NCBI RefSeq assembly: GCF_024521635.1
Contig: NW_026250407.1
Location: 496,001-560,000, forward strand
Direction: 5' to 3'
Length of the DNA stretch: 64,000 bases
DNA from: Tricharina praecox
Taxonomy: Eukaryota
A program made the position numbers and the translations under genes. The stretch's first letter is position 1; each line of letters starts with the position of its first letter. Below the pieces are notes generated by a model. That model ran no database searches. It was not told the origin of the DNA and saw nothing but the letters and a program-made list of their open reading frames with translations. Positions 1 through 11,372 of this stretch are shown here, one piece after another.

Positions 1-84
1 CCTGTGCTCTGCTCTGCGTTCTGATCTTCGGCCCCCTCCCCCCTCCGCCGTCCGACAACACCTATCGCATTCAGTCAGGCCGCC

Positions 85-2391
85 ATGTTCAGCTTCTCGA
101 AGAAATTCAGTCGGAGCAAGAGGGGCGGTTCAGGGGTCGATAAGGACCGTGAAGTCGGCCGCGGAGGAGAACGACTGGGTGTAGGAGTATACACGGGAGG
201 AGGAGCAGGAGCAGGAGCAGGAGTAGGAGCAGGAGGAGGAGGTGCAGGCTCGACGGTATCGCTGCCAACACTGTACGGCCGTCGCAGCCACTCCGCGCAT
301 TCGAACAAGACATACGGGGAGCCGGTATCTCCCACGACGACGCTGCCTACGCACCGATTTCCGCCGCTCAATTCGCGCTTCGATCCCGAGGCCCCACATG
401 CGCACAACACCACGCCGGTGCGACGAAACAAACCGCTCGAGCGACCGAAAACTTTCTACCGACTGTTTGGTTTTGGTACCGACCCGAATAGTGGCAGTGA
501 CGCCGACGCGGCTTCTGGACCGATTAGCTGGGCCGACGACCCAAATGCGCCATCGCCTGTTGCACTTCCGCATAAGGCACTCGCGTTGCTGGGCATCAGG
601 GAGACGTCTGCTGGCTTCCGTATGCCCGCGTCGCCAAAACCATGCGACCATCTGAACGACTTCGAGGACAACGAACTCCAAAGTAGCAATCGACGACTGC
701 CTTGCTTCAGCGAGCTGACCTACACGCCGATCGAAGTGCCCCCTGCTCCGGAGCGCCTCTATTTCCGTCCGCAATCTCTATGCTCCTCGTTTTCCGCGAC
801 ATCGACAGGAACGATAGCGACGACGGTGACGTCGATGACGGCTACCTCGCCTTCGCTTGGGGACCCGGAGGAGTATGGGACGTTCAGCTCGGGTTCTACG
901 GTAAAGGCGCAGGAGATTAGCATGTTGAATCTGGATGACTCGGACTCAGAAGAAGAAGAAGAAGAAGAAAAAGAAGAAGAAGAACAAGAACAAGGGGATC
1001 TGTTAGAGTCGACGGATATGTTTGTAGGCAAAAGAACAACTACACCTGCTCCCGAGCTTCCAGTAGAGATTGCCATGCGGATTTGCGATTTCTTCGTTAC
1101 CGAGACGCATCAAGAAGATCTGGGCCAAGACGAACGGCATGAGCGCTGTCCCAACTGTGACATCCACACGCTGTGGGCCCTTGCCCTGGTATCACGTTCG
1201 TGGAACAGAGCCGCGACTCAAACACTCTATCGAACGGTGTCATTGGACTTTGGATACTATTCCGAGCCTACGCGCGACGAGGATGGCAAGGGGGTAGCTC
1301 CGGAATTCGTACCGTATACCACTTGCCGTGGCCATGCCGGTGCAGCACTACACACAAAGATCGACATCCAAGCGAAACTACAGCTCCTCTACCGAACGAT
1401 CTGGGATTCGCAGGGCGATATCGGCGAGCGCATCAGAGGAATCAAGCTCCCGCGCAGGTTGTTCTCAATTACCAAATACCCACTCTCGGCGATCCTGCAG
1501 AAATGCCCGAATCTAGAATTTGTCGACCACGCGATAGCCTCGGGAAGTCCGGAGGACCTCGTATCGACACTGTCGAACTTAGTCCAGATGAGACGCTGGA
1601 CCTGGAAGCGCGAAACGGGGGTGAAATACGAGCAGTGCAAGGTACGACAAAAGCGAATGACCGCGATGGTCGACATGCAAAAGAACATGCCGGGGCCGCC
1701 CCTTGCGATCGCCATCACCGTCTTCCCCCTCTGGACGAAACTCCGGCATCTGGAGCTCAACAACCTACGACGTGAGGACATCCCGGACGAGTTCGACTTC
1801 TGCGCGCTCAGCAGCCTCGAATCAGTCACCTTATGCAACCTCTGCATCATGGACCGAAACCCGGAAGCAGGGTTTCTCGAGCGCCTGCCGGCATTGCGAC
1901 GGCTGAAGATCGAAATGTGCCTCTTCATCAGCGAGGAGCGGATATTCGCATACCTGCAGCAGAAGGGCCACAAGATGACGCACCTCGAGCTGCGCAATTC
2001 GGCGATGCCCATGCACACCCTCTACCGACTGCTCGCGAGCACGCCGTCGATCGTGCGCTTCTCGATATCGAATGCACCCCCGGTGCCGCCGTTCTCGGGC
2101 CCCGACCTACCCACCGGCTTCACGCCTACCCTGCCACGGCTACCCGCATTGAAACGGATCACGGTCGATATGAAGCCGCTGCGCGAGAGCTTCGGGTTCC
2201 TACTGAGTCTCATCGAAGACCGGGAGAAGACTCCAATGCTGGAGACGATGCGCATGGGCTTCGAGGCGGCCGGCAAACGCATCGACCTCGGCCGCGGCAG
2301 CCGCGCGATGGACGTCGAGGAGATGCGGATGGAGGTTAGGTTACGGACCGAGTGTCTGTTTAGTAATGTCCAGCTGCGACTGCTGGAGTAG
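85..2391 (+). CDS. F-box-like / LRR (RNI-like) protein with a disordered, acidic N-terminal half
   Basis: 768-aa intronless ORF with good ATG context (gccgccATG). F-box-like start LPVEIAMRICDF...LALVSRSWNRAATQTLYR, followed by LRR-like repeats (LRHLELNNL, LESVTL, LRRLKI, MTHLEL). Confidence 0.7.
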   Translation: MFSFSKKFSRSKRGGSGVDKDREVGRGGERLGVGVYTGGGAGAGAGVGAGGGGAGSTVSLPTLYGRRSHSAHSNKTYGEPVSPTTTLPTHRFPPLNSRFDPEAPHAHNTTPVRRNKPLERPKTFYRLFGFGTDPNSGSDADAASGPISWADDPNAPSPVALPHKALALLGIRETSAGFRMPASPKPCDHLNDFEDNELQSSNRRLPCFSELTYTPIEVPPAPERLYFRPQSLCSSFSATSTGTIATTVTSMTATSPSLGDPEEYGTFSSGSTVKAQEISMLNLDDSDSEEEEEEEKEEEEQEQGDLLESTDMFVGKRTTTPAPELPVEIAMRICDFFVTETHQEDLGQDERHERCPNCDIHTLWALALVSRSWNRAATQTLYRTVSLDFGYYSEPTRDEDGKGVAPEFVPYTTCRGHAGAALHTKIDIQAKLQLLYRTIWDSQGDIGERIRGIKLPRRLFSITKYPLSAILQKCPNLEFVDHAIASGSPEDLVSTLSNLVQMRRWTWKRETGVKYEQCKVRQKRMTAMVDMQKNMPGPPLAIAITVFPLWTKLRHLELNNLRREDIPDEFDFCALSSLESVTLCNLCIMDRNPEAGFLERLPALRRLKIEMCLFISEERIFAYLQQKGHKMTHLELRNSAMPMHTLYRLLASTPSIVRFSISNAPPVPPFSGPDLPTGFTPTLPRLPALKRITVDMKPLRESFGFLLSLIEDREKTPMLETMRMGFEAAGKRIDLGRGSRAMDVEEMRMEVRLRTECLFSNVQLRLLE

Positions 2392-3754
2392 GAGTGATTA
2401 ATTCCAGGTATTAATTTTTTTTGTAGTGCTGTACATATTGAGGGTAGTGTTTTTACTTTTCGTTGGCGTTTTCTTTGGATACCTACAATTCTTTTTCATG
2501 TTTGTTTGTTGTTTTTGCCGGCGGGCGTTTTGTTTCTGGTTTTTCAAGCTTCTCTGCATGGTCTACTTGCTTGCTTCCTTGCTTGCTTCAGTATTCTTTT
2601 CTTTTCTTTTCTTTTCTTTGAGAAGCACTCACCTATGCTCATTTAATTTTTTATCTACCATATCGACAGATGAGGATGATGTTCCCTCAAGTTTCTTACC
2701 GTACTGGCGGCCGGTGTAATCAAAACTTCAAAAGCGTTGACTGTGGCTGGCTATATTTCTTCTTCTCATACACCGTGACAACCACCATCAACCCCCATAC
2801 CCCATAGCGAATGCCGAGGCCACGGTCCCTAACCCGACTGGTAGACTCAAGTGTCCGGGATCCGTTCGTACCACTCACCTACCTGGACGATATAGGTCGT
2901 TCTCGAATCCGATCGAACCAAGAAACCAAGACGGCTGGTTGAGTCTTGGTGATACCGCCGCCGTCTCGGATCCTGCACGATTCTGGATTTTGGAGACGAG
3001 GACACGGCTTCGGTCTCGGGTGTGGCTGTGGCTGGCCGTCTTCTATGAATCCATGGTAACAAGTCTGCATGCTACCGGTGGTATCGTCCCGTGCCGTCTC
3101 ACTCACTCGCTTACTGGATCATACCGGTTGGCGGCACATGTATAGAGAGCACCGAGGAAAGTTGGAACACCGCTAACAAAGGTACCGTACCTACAGGCTG
3201 AGGCTACCGCTATTCGAACTCGCGAAAGTATGTACGCGAGCGATGGCTCCAAGAGTCCACAGAGGTGCGCGATGCTGGGATTCGACCCCCACTACAGCGG
3301 CCCCGCCACGGCCTACGGGTTCAAGGTGCTCCCATGACCTGCATTGAGTAACAGAACTCGATCCGTGCCATGTGTAGACGGATGGTTGGTATATGCGCTC
3401 CTCTGGTGGGCCCAATGTTCCTCACGCTGTACCTAGCTATGCTGACGATGCCGATGGTGCTGATTTTCTGCAGCTCGCTCACCCACTCTCACTCGTACCT
3501 ATGCGTGGAAACCCCGCTGCAATGTGCATCACAACGGGATTCAAACATCTTTGGGCTGCACATGTGTCTCATCACTCCGAGTTTCATCCATGACGACTCC
3601 GAGCGAGCCGTTATTTCGTCCAGTGATCCCCTTCACGAATCCCGATGAAACGAATCATCAGTTCCGTAGATACAGTAACTCTACCCCGTCCCCGTCCGAA
3701 CCAGACAACAAACTTTTGTTCAAATAACCAGCCCTTATGCTCGAGCTTATTTAA

Positions 3755-3933
3755 TGAAACAAGAAAACGAAAAAGGAAAAGGAAAAAAAGAAAATTGAAA
3801 AAGGAAAGAGAAAAAGGAAAATGAAAAAGGAAAACGGAAAAGAAAGAAAAAAAAGGAAAAAAGAAAAAAGGAAAAGGAAAAGGAAAAGGAAAGGAAAAGG
3901 AAGAGGAAAAGGAAAAGGAAAAGGAAAAGGAAA
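3755..3933. repeat. Polypurine low-complexity tract, (GGAAAA)n-like
   Basis: About 180 bp of almost pure A/G downstream of NAT1. Confidence 0.9.
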
Positions 3934-4108
3934 GTCTTGCAGAATTTAGCAAGTCTAGTATAGCTCCCCAACGCACGAGAAAACGGCTCGCAAGAGATGT
4001 TCCCAAACCTAAAGGTCTGGCGATTCAATTTTCATGCCCATGTCCATTCTCGCTCCCCCAGCCCAAAGATCCAATGCTCGCTTTTTTGCCCTATCCAATT
4101 CTAATCCC

Positions 4109-6748
4109 TTACTGAGTCTTCTTGAACACCTTGGCAACGGGGAATTTGCTAGCAGCCTTCTCCTTGTACTCCTTCTCGTCCACCCGAAGCGCATGCAAGA
4201 GCTTCAGTCCCTCCACCGCGTCGGTCAGGGTGATGTTTTCATCGTCCAGTGTCGACAGGAGGATAGACACATCCTTCTCTTCTGGTCTGAAAAGATGACG
4301 TATCCGCAGGGCTATGATCCCGTTAGCTCAAGTTAATATGGATGGATATAGTAGGGTTGGTTACCAGAACGAACATGCGCAAAACTGTTCTTGTTGCTCT
4401 CCAAGAAGTCCTCGTTGCACTTGGACAGATCTGTGTCCTTGGATAGAACCTTCTCAACCCCCTCAAGCAGCGCATCTCTCGACTCGGGAGCCTTGAACTC
4501 TTCGTCCTCGGACAGGAGGTTGACAGCGTGACGCATTCTGATCTTGCACTCATGTACTCTAGGATCTTCTGGTGCCAACTCGATCGCCTTATTCAGGCAT
4601 TGGAGCGCCAGCGTCCATTTACGCCTGCGCAGCTGAACCTCGAATCCGGCCAACTGGGTTTCTAAATGCTCCGGAGCATTCTCCAACAGAGGCTTGAGCC
4701 ATTTGGCGGCTTCCTCCAGTGGCTTGTCCGTGCGGGCCAACTGGATTCCGTGGGGATCCGCATCCACTTTCTTAACCTCGGGATCCGCCACCTGTGCGTT
4801 TTTATTCTTTTCCTCCTTCTTTGCCACCGCATGAGCAGCAGCCCTCTCCTGTGCCTTCTGTGCCTCCTTCTTCGCCTTCTTCATCGCGCGTTTGCGGTCC
4901 GCATCCGGCATGGACTCGTACTTCGCTGCTTCGCCGTCTGCCATAGCGCCTTGGGCAAGGACTGGAATGTCGATGAGCTTAAGGTAAGCTTGGATGGCGC
5001 CCAACGCCGCGCGTGAAAACATCGGGTGAGAGCGGAGAGTGTCTTCCCACTTCAACATGTCGATGTAAGCCCTGATCTGGCCCTTCCTGAGGGAGAAGGG
5101 GTGGAAGTCGATTTGGTCCTCTGTCCAAACTTCGAAGATCGTCCAGAGGGACTGGTATCGCTTCAATGCGAGACCGAGCTGGTTCTGTCGGAGGTAGGAT
5201 TCCGCGTCTTCGGCGATGTACCAGACGCACTGCATTTCCAAGAGGTCGCCAAGCGGCCCGCCAACGGCTTCGCTCCTAGTGAACAGGCTCATCGTCTTCA
5301 GTGCCTCGTCGTTTTGGTCGTTGCGGAGCTGGTACTTCGCAGTCTTGGTATTGATGTATCGGTCGCTCTTATCCAGGTTACGCGCCTCGTCCATCTTTTG
5401 TGCGGCTTTTTGAAGGTCCCCGGCGTGCTTGTATACCCTAGCGACGGTCATATGCAGCTCCACGGTTTCCGGCGCAAGTTCAAGTGCTTCGTTGAGGTAC
5501 TCGAGTGCCTTGTCCATGTTCCGTGTGCGGTAGTGATCGTAGTGCTGAGTAAGGAAATACAGCGTCCACAGTCTGAAGAGCGAAGGTTTCGATGAACCGT
5601 TAGATTCACCAGATGCTACCTCCGTTTTCTGCGATTCATAATACGAGTTGACGAGATCGAATATTGTTTCCCGCTTGGCAGTATCGGCGTAGAGGGCCCT
5701 GATGTTGGCGAATGTCGACGGGACTCCCTTCTTCAACTTAGCCTGCAGGTAGGTGTCTGCCGCTTGCCGGAACTCGTCACCGTCGAGGAAATCCAGGGGA
5801 ATTCGTCTCGGTGCGTCGCTTCTCTCGAATTTGCTGGCATATTCGTCGTAAAGCGCCTTGGCTTCCTTCCGGTTATCGGCCTCAATTCCCATAGCCTTCT
5901 CCAGCCCTGTGTAGTATGCTCGTTGCTCGGGGTTCCTGTCGAGCAGTGCCCTGTAGGCTTTCTGAGCATCCTCATTCCGGCCCAGCTTCAGCAGGTACTC
6001 CGCCCTGCTCTCCAGCAACGCAACCTTGTCCAGACAGTTCTTGGCGATAGTCTCCAGATGCTCCAGCGCCCTTTCAGTGTCTCCAGACTCCGCAATGATC
6101 CTGTTCCTGTACAAGCATGCCTCCCAGTGCTCGGTGTCCCACTTCGGCACCTTCCCCTCGACTGTCGACTCGTATTTAACCAGGACCTTCTCCGCTTCGT
6201 CGTACTGGCCGCCCAGGTGGTAAGCGATCGCGACGGCCGTCCAGTTCTGTCTCAGCTGCGGACGAGTCTGCAGAATCGTCTTGCGCGTCTCCACCAAACC
6301 ATCGTAGTTCCTCATCTGGATCTGCAGCAGGGCAAGATCCCGCAGGATCTGCTGCGAGTCTGGCTCGAACCGCAACGCCATCTTGTAAGCTTTGATCGAC
6401 TCCTCATAGTTCTTCTCTGACTTGTAGAGAAGACCGTAAACATGCCAGCAGACGTGAGACTTCATGTCGTACTTCAGCGCTTCCTTGGCGATCGCAAAGG
6501 CTTCCTCCGTTTTACCCAACGAGTTGGTTATCAATCCCTTCATTGCTAGGGTCTCGCCGTGCTTCGGGTTCTTTCGTAGGATTTGCTGCGAGTGACAGTT
6601 AGTGCGCCTGACTTCTTCTCGACAAGCGGAGTTGGAGTTGGTAGCTGACATCGCACGCCTTCAGGCCCTTTTTGTATTGCTTCTGTTCATAGCACTTGAC
6701 CACAGTGCGGAATAGGGCGGCATCTTTCGATGCTAAAAGGGTCGGCAT
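4109..6748 (-). CDS. NAT1: NatA N-terminal acetyltransferase auxiliary subunit (TPR protein)
   Basis: Exons 6748-6650, 6585-4365 and 4311-4109 with GT-AG introns and CTAAC branch points. Spliced N-terminus [50 protein letters not shown]; conserved SHVCWHVYGL, DRYINTK and EDQIDFHPFSLRKG motifs. Confidence 0.96.
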
Positions 6749-7591
6749 GGCGACGGTGGAGGAGGTGGAGGAGGATGAGCGTGCCGGTTCAAATTATTGT
6801 ACGTGGAGGAAGCTTTTGGTGATCCCTGTGGATTCATTAAATAACCTGCGCTGAGTAAAGAGGGGGGAATTTCCCTTACCGTGATAATGAGGATCTCACG
6901 GTTCACAGGTTGAGACACTGGATGAAAGTTGCTGACTCGGCGGCACAGGTCTCGGTGGAGGGGATGAATTGAAGAACGTGGATGAAATTGTGGGGTGGTG
7001 CTCAATGAGTGGGGCTGAGACCCACCTAAAAACCGGGTAAGTGGCTGATCCTAGGCCACCATTTGACTCCGTCGGCGGTCAAGCTTGAGCTCATGGCTGT
7101 CAAGTTCCAAGGCATTACTGTCAAAGCTCAATAACATAAAAAGTTCCTTTTTCAGGTGTATCTAGCATATCAATTGAACTATAATAGCGATATTCAGGCG
7201 ACCTTAACTCGGTTACCGTACGATACTATGTCACGTGACCGGACGGACAGCTCACCAGAAATCACCCTACGTCTCCCCACATTCAGAAACCCGATATAAA
7301 CAGCCACTCTCGTCAGAGCTTGCACTTCTTTACAGACTACAGTTTAGACACCTGTCGGCTCACTTTAACATGCACTTTCGTCAAGGACGCCATGTTCCTC
7401 ATTGGCACCCAAGTAACATAGGTACACAACCATCAAGCAAAGAGATAATATTCATATTAGTAAGGAAAGACTGCGGATCCTTCAAGTTCAAATTCATATG
7501 CTAAACACCCTCCAAAGAATGACAAATTCGTGGTCAAAAATACAAATCCCGATAAAAGCAAATACTCAAACTCCGACTCCCTCATCACTAC

Positions 7592-8825
7592 CTAGTATCG
7601 ATTGGTGCTTAGTCCCGACCGATACTCATCGCATTCCTCGAGGAAACGGTGGATTCCTTGCAACCCACCGTAGTCTCCGGAGCTGCTTGACGAGATTAGT
7701 CCAGGACTCGCTAGCATGACCGGCCTATCGGCAGGATCGAAGTAGTAATCCTCTTCGCCCAGCGACTCGGACCCAGTGATTCGCGATTTGATTTCGTCTT
7801 CGAAGCCGTCTTCCGAGTAAGTTGATGATAAGGGCGGCGAGTCACTCATCATCTCTTGCCAGGTGACTGATCCCGGAGCTAGCATGCCAAACATGAAGCG
7901 CTCCTCCTCATGAACGACGCCACGCTTAACACCTACTTCATCACAAAGCTTCTCGACAAAATCTTTTTCACATCCACGGAAGTGAACTCTCAGGATGTTA
8001 CCGGAAGGTCCGGCAAGCGAGACTGGGAGATCTCCCAAGGTGCTCAAACTCCGGATGTCGGCGTTGACGGCAACAAGAGTTCCCATCATAGCACCGAAGT
8101 CGGCAGTAAGGTCTTTGAGGAAATCCTCATTGTCGAGAGACCGGTGGACGGCGCTAAGTGGGCTGATGCAAGTCATGGTCGGCGACAAGTCGAAGTCGAC
8201 GTATGCGCCCGGTGCGTTTGATTGGGCTAAAGAAGCAGCAAGCTGGGCTCGCACACTAATGGGTCCCATCTTGCTGTTTTGGCGAAGGTAGTTGTCCTTG
8301 CCAGAGTTCACGAAGGCTCGCATGGCGCATGAGACTTGGCCGAAGACCTGGGCTGGAGCCGCGGGGCCATGTGAGAAGAAGCGAGCACCGCCACCGAGAG
8401 AGTAGCCCATCGTCGATCGCGGGATGGCACCACCAGTGAGCGTCGGTCGAAGAGTGGAAGCGAATGGAGTAGTCAACCTCCCAGCGACTGAGATTCGAAC
8501 AGCCGGCTGACGAGTGGCACGCGGTGCGACCTCGCCAGCGAGGCGAAGGATGTTCTTTACCGAAGTCGAGTACCAGCGACCACCAATCCTCTGACGGATA
8601 GCTGGGTGGAGGTGGGCATTACGCGGGACCGTTGCATAGATTGGTTCGAGGACTTTGGCAGCTGTTTGAGGTGCTGCGAGACGAGACTTTAGCACCGTGA
8701 TGCCGCGTTGCACTACGGCACTGCATGATGGTCAGCGGAAGCTCCCTAGAGCTAATAAACGCCACTTAGAGGAGCATAGCTACATACCGTAGCATGCGGA
8801 GGGGTACGTGTACCCCGGGCCCCAT
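7592..8825 (-). CDS. Conserved fungal protein, stationary phase protein 5 (SPG5)-like family
   Basis: Exons 8825-8788 and 8720-7592 (GTATGT...GCTGAC...CAG). Motifs RFFSHGPAAPAQV..VSCAMRAF, GAYVDF and LGDLPV resemble this family as I recall it; family name from memory. Confidence 0.7.
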
Positions 8826-9303
8826 GATTTTTGGTCGAGTTTGGAGAAAGGTGGTTGTTTAGGTGAGTAGAGAGGTTTGGGACGAGATAGTTGTGGAGAA
8901 GGAGAGGGGTTCGGGGGATAGATATGGCCGAGCTTGCTTGTAACAGGATGTGGCAACTGCGCGCTGAGCAAGAAACACAGCCTGCCAAGGGTCTCCGGAA
9001 TGCGGCTTAGGTGGCTTAGGTGGCTTAGGTGGCTGCTGAGAATTTAGCCGACGGCGCCAAGACACGCCAATGAGATCGAAACATCAAAGTTCGATTTTTT
9101 AAAGAGAACTTTTCCTCCGTCTTCACTGCCATCCTCTCCACCATCCGCAGCAACAACAACGAATCACCGCAACCGCACACATTCTCTGCCGTTGTCACTA
9201 CCATTCCAGCTACCATTGGTCTAATGAATAGCTAAACCTACAGCAATTGTTTGACTGAGTATGTCTTCTCCAACCATTTGTCTCGCCAGCCATGCTTCAT
9301 TAA

Positions 9304-9377
9304 GTGATGATACACAAAACATTGAACAATCCAACTCCTATTTTTCTGTGAGGACGATGCCTCAGGGCTTTCTCTGA
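9304..9377 (+). ncRNA. Box C/D snoRNA 1; D' guide to the LSU rRNA helix 92 region (predicted Gm, SNORD69-like)
   Basis: C box GTGATGA 9304, D box CTGA 9374, C' GTGAGGA 9348, terminal stem ATTAAG/CTTGAT. Guide TGAACAATCCAAC is complementary to conserved LSU GUUGGAUUGUUCA. Confidence 0.8.
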
Positions 9378-9621
9378 TCTTGATCATTTACGGTTTTGCT
9401 GCAGTACCAGTTGGGAACATTCGCTAATGTTACAACAGGAGGACAGAAGAGACATGAAAATGTTAACGTTTGTGAGGCCGGCAGTTTCACACCATTGAGC
9501 CATGTGGCTTCAGATGGCCCACTTTTCCGGCATTTGAACTACATGGTTTGATCTTGACAGGTTGGTAACCCCGCATCAATCGCCCCGCAATTGTGCCCGA
9601 ATATCACCCCCTCCCGTTGGG

Positions 9622-9704
9622 TTGATGATACCTTGACATGCTTTGCTCTTTCGGAATATATTTTGTCGAACCTTGTCTATTTTATAAGTTTCAGCCTTGT
9701 CTGA
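9622..9704 (+). ncRNA. snR41: Box C/D snoRNA 2, snR41-like (18S Gm1126, yeast numbering)
   Basis: C box TTGATGA, D box CTGA 9701, perfect terminal stem CGTTGG/CCAACG. Guide TAAGTTTCAGCCTTG is complementary to 18S CAAGGCUGAAACUUA; the D+5 position falls on a G. Confidence 0.88.
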
Positions 9705-9834
9705 CCAACGTCTTTGCTACTCGCATTATTACTTGACGCTTCCTCAATCGTTACTTCGATGATGGCTAACCCGAGTCTACTCTCTAGGTACATACATTAT
9801 CCTCATCTCCTCAATTACTGCAACTATCAATCAC

Positions 9835-9954
9835 ATGACGAATTTTGAACGAACGGGCGGACATATCACTTCCTCTCACCGCTTGCGGTAGCAGCGCCCA
9901 ATGTACAACCGGGTTGCCGGGAGGGGGCATTTGATGATTTCGATCGTCACCTGA
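9835..9954 (+). ncRNA. snR70: Box C/D snoRNA 3, snR70-like (18S Cm1639)
   Basis: C box ATGACGA, D box CTGA 9951, C' TTGATGA 9931, 8-bp terminal stem TATCAATC/GATTGATA. D' guide ACGGGCGG (9853-9860) pairs with 18S CCGCCCGU; accessory TGTACAA pairs with the adjacent UUGUACA. Confidence 0.82.
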
Positions 9955-10129
9955 TCCGATTGATACTGTTGCTATTTTGCATCACTGGCAAATCGACTAT
10001 TGGCACGTACGAGGTGCTAACTTTCCGCTCGCCATAGAACACTGGAACACACACTACTTGCCGTGTGCGAGCATCACATGTGGTACGTGTTCATACTCCC
10101 ACCCCCTTTTTTCCATACTCAAGCCCTTT

Positions 10130-10252
10130 ATGATGATACTTTACAAATATGTATTCACACTGTCTTACCTTCTTTCCCACCGCTTGCGGTAACCGCGTCT
10201 CATTCACACCGAGGCGCCGGGATGGGAGTCTTGATTATACCTCAACTACTGA
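10130..10252 (+). ncRNA. Box C/D snoRNA 4 carrying the snR51-type LSU Um2729 guide
   Basis: C box ATGATGA, D' CTTA 10164, C' TTGATTA 10231, D CTGA 10249. Guide GTATTCACACTG (10151-10162) is complementary to LSU CAGUGUGAAUAC. Confidence 0.8.
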
Positions 10253-10435
10253 TCCTACCCTGCATCCTTTGTTATCATGAATCAGCACAACGTAAGAGTT
10301 CAAGTGCTGACAATTCTCCTCAAGTACCCTCAACCAATAGCCCACGTTGTATTACAGCGGGGAAGCGGCCCCCAAATGCCGCTAGAGTTGCATGGTTAGT
10401 TCTTATCCTCCCCCACCATTGCAGCCCCCAGTCAA

Positions 10436-10506
10436 ATGATGAAAATATCTTTTTTGGGTGATCCTTCGGGAGAAGAGCCTTCCAAAATCTGATTTAATGA
10501 GCCTGA
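10436..10506 (+). ncRNA. snR51: Box C/D snoRNA 5, snR51-like (18S Am100)
   Basis: C box ATGATGA, D box CTGA 10503, perfect terminal stem CAGTCAAA/TTTGACTG. Guide CTGATTTAATGAGC is complementary to 18S GCUCAUUAAAUCAG; the D+5 position falls on an A. Confidence 0.88.
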
Positions 10507-11372
10507 ATTTGACTGCTTCCTTTACATATCCTTATCTTCCCATGTCAACTTTATTAGCACTTAGCTAACTAGATTAAAGACAGGGCAATTACTCACCAAG
10601 AGCTGTGTGGAAACACAGTTAACTACGATTAACAATTAAATTCGTTTGTCACTCGTTTACCTGCATTGTGTGATCACCACTTATGAGACATCGATTGCCT
10701 GACCAATTGGTCGCACCGCCCCATTGCAAGTGACGCATGGAGAGAGGTGAAGAACGGAGTGACTCTCCTATCAGTCTGGCATTTGTGTGTACAGCACCGA
10801 AGGAAACCTACCTACGCGTGCTGAAGGAATTTATTCTATCGTGCCAAGATGAATACACTCGTACCCTACGAACACCACCTCCTAATAATTGGAGGATGGC
10901 GTACCTAAGGTCCGATACATATTTTTGTGCTGGGGTTTGGGATCCTTTTTCTGAAGAGTTTGGCGTTTCGTTGGACACTGATATGATATTGAGGGTCTTA
11001 ATCACCACGACACTTTCCATTTCATAGACAGAATATAATTGAATTGAATTGACTGAGCAAATCTTGAACTGTGCCTTTTAACTTCCATCACAATCTTAAT
11101 GACTCGCTTGACAGGTGACCCCTCTCATCGGCCACTCGGCCCGCCCAGTTGCATTCGGTGAGCCGCACTAGGTACATCAACTGGTATTACTCCACCATAC
11201 GAGGGAATCATTAAATACAATAAAAATGTTCAACCGAGGAATTCCCCGACGAATCACAAACATTCCTCGACATCCCCATATGTAGAGTAGTCAATCCAAC
11301 CCAACCCAAATGATCCAAACTCCAGCCCGCCCAACCAAGTCATCCAGCCATAACTAAAGCACAATGAAACCA

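Larger units (their letters stand above)
9240..10590 (+). ncRNA. Non-coding multi-intron snoRNA host transcript (ends approximate)
   Basis: Donors GTATGT 9259, GTTTGT 9468, GTACAT 9788, GTACGT 10083 and GTTAGT 10395; branch points GCTAAT 9423 and GCTAAC at about 9764, 10016 and 10564; each intron holds one C/D snoRNA; exons are tiny with no credible ORF. Confidence 0.8.

Noticed and set aside
4666..6420. Plus-strand ORFs of 116-218 aa
   Set aside because: Antisense shadows of NAT1.
10737..11027. 96-aa ORF downstream of the snoRNA cluster
   Set aside because: No recognisable motif; could be a 3' exon of the non-coding host or a small orphan gene, but unsupported.
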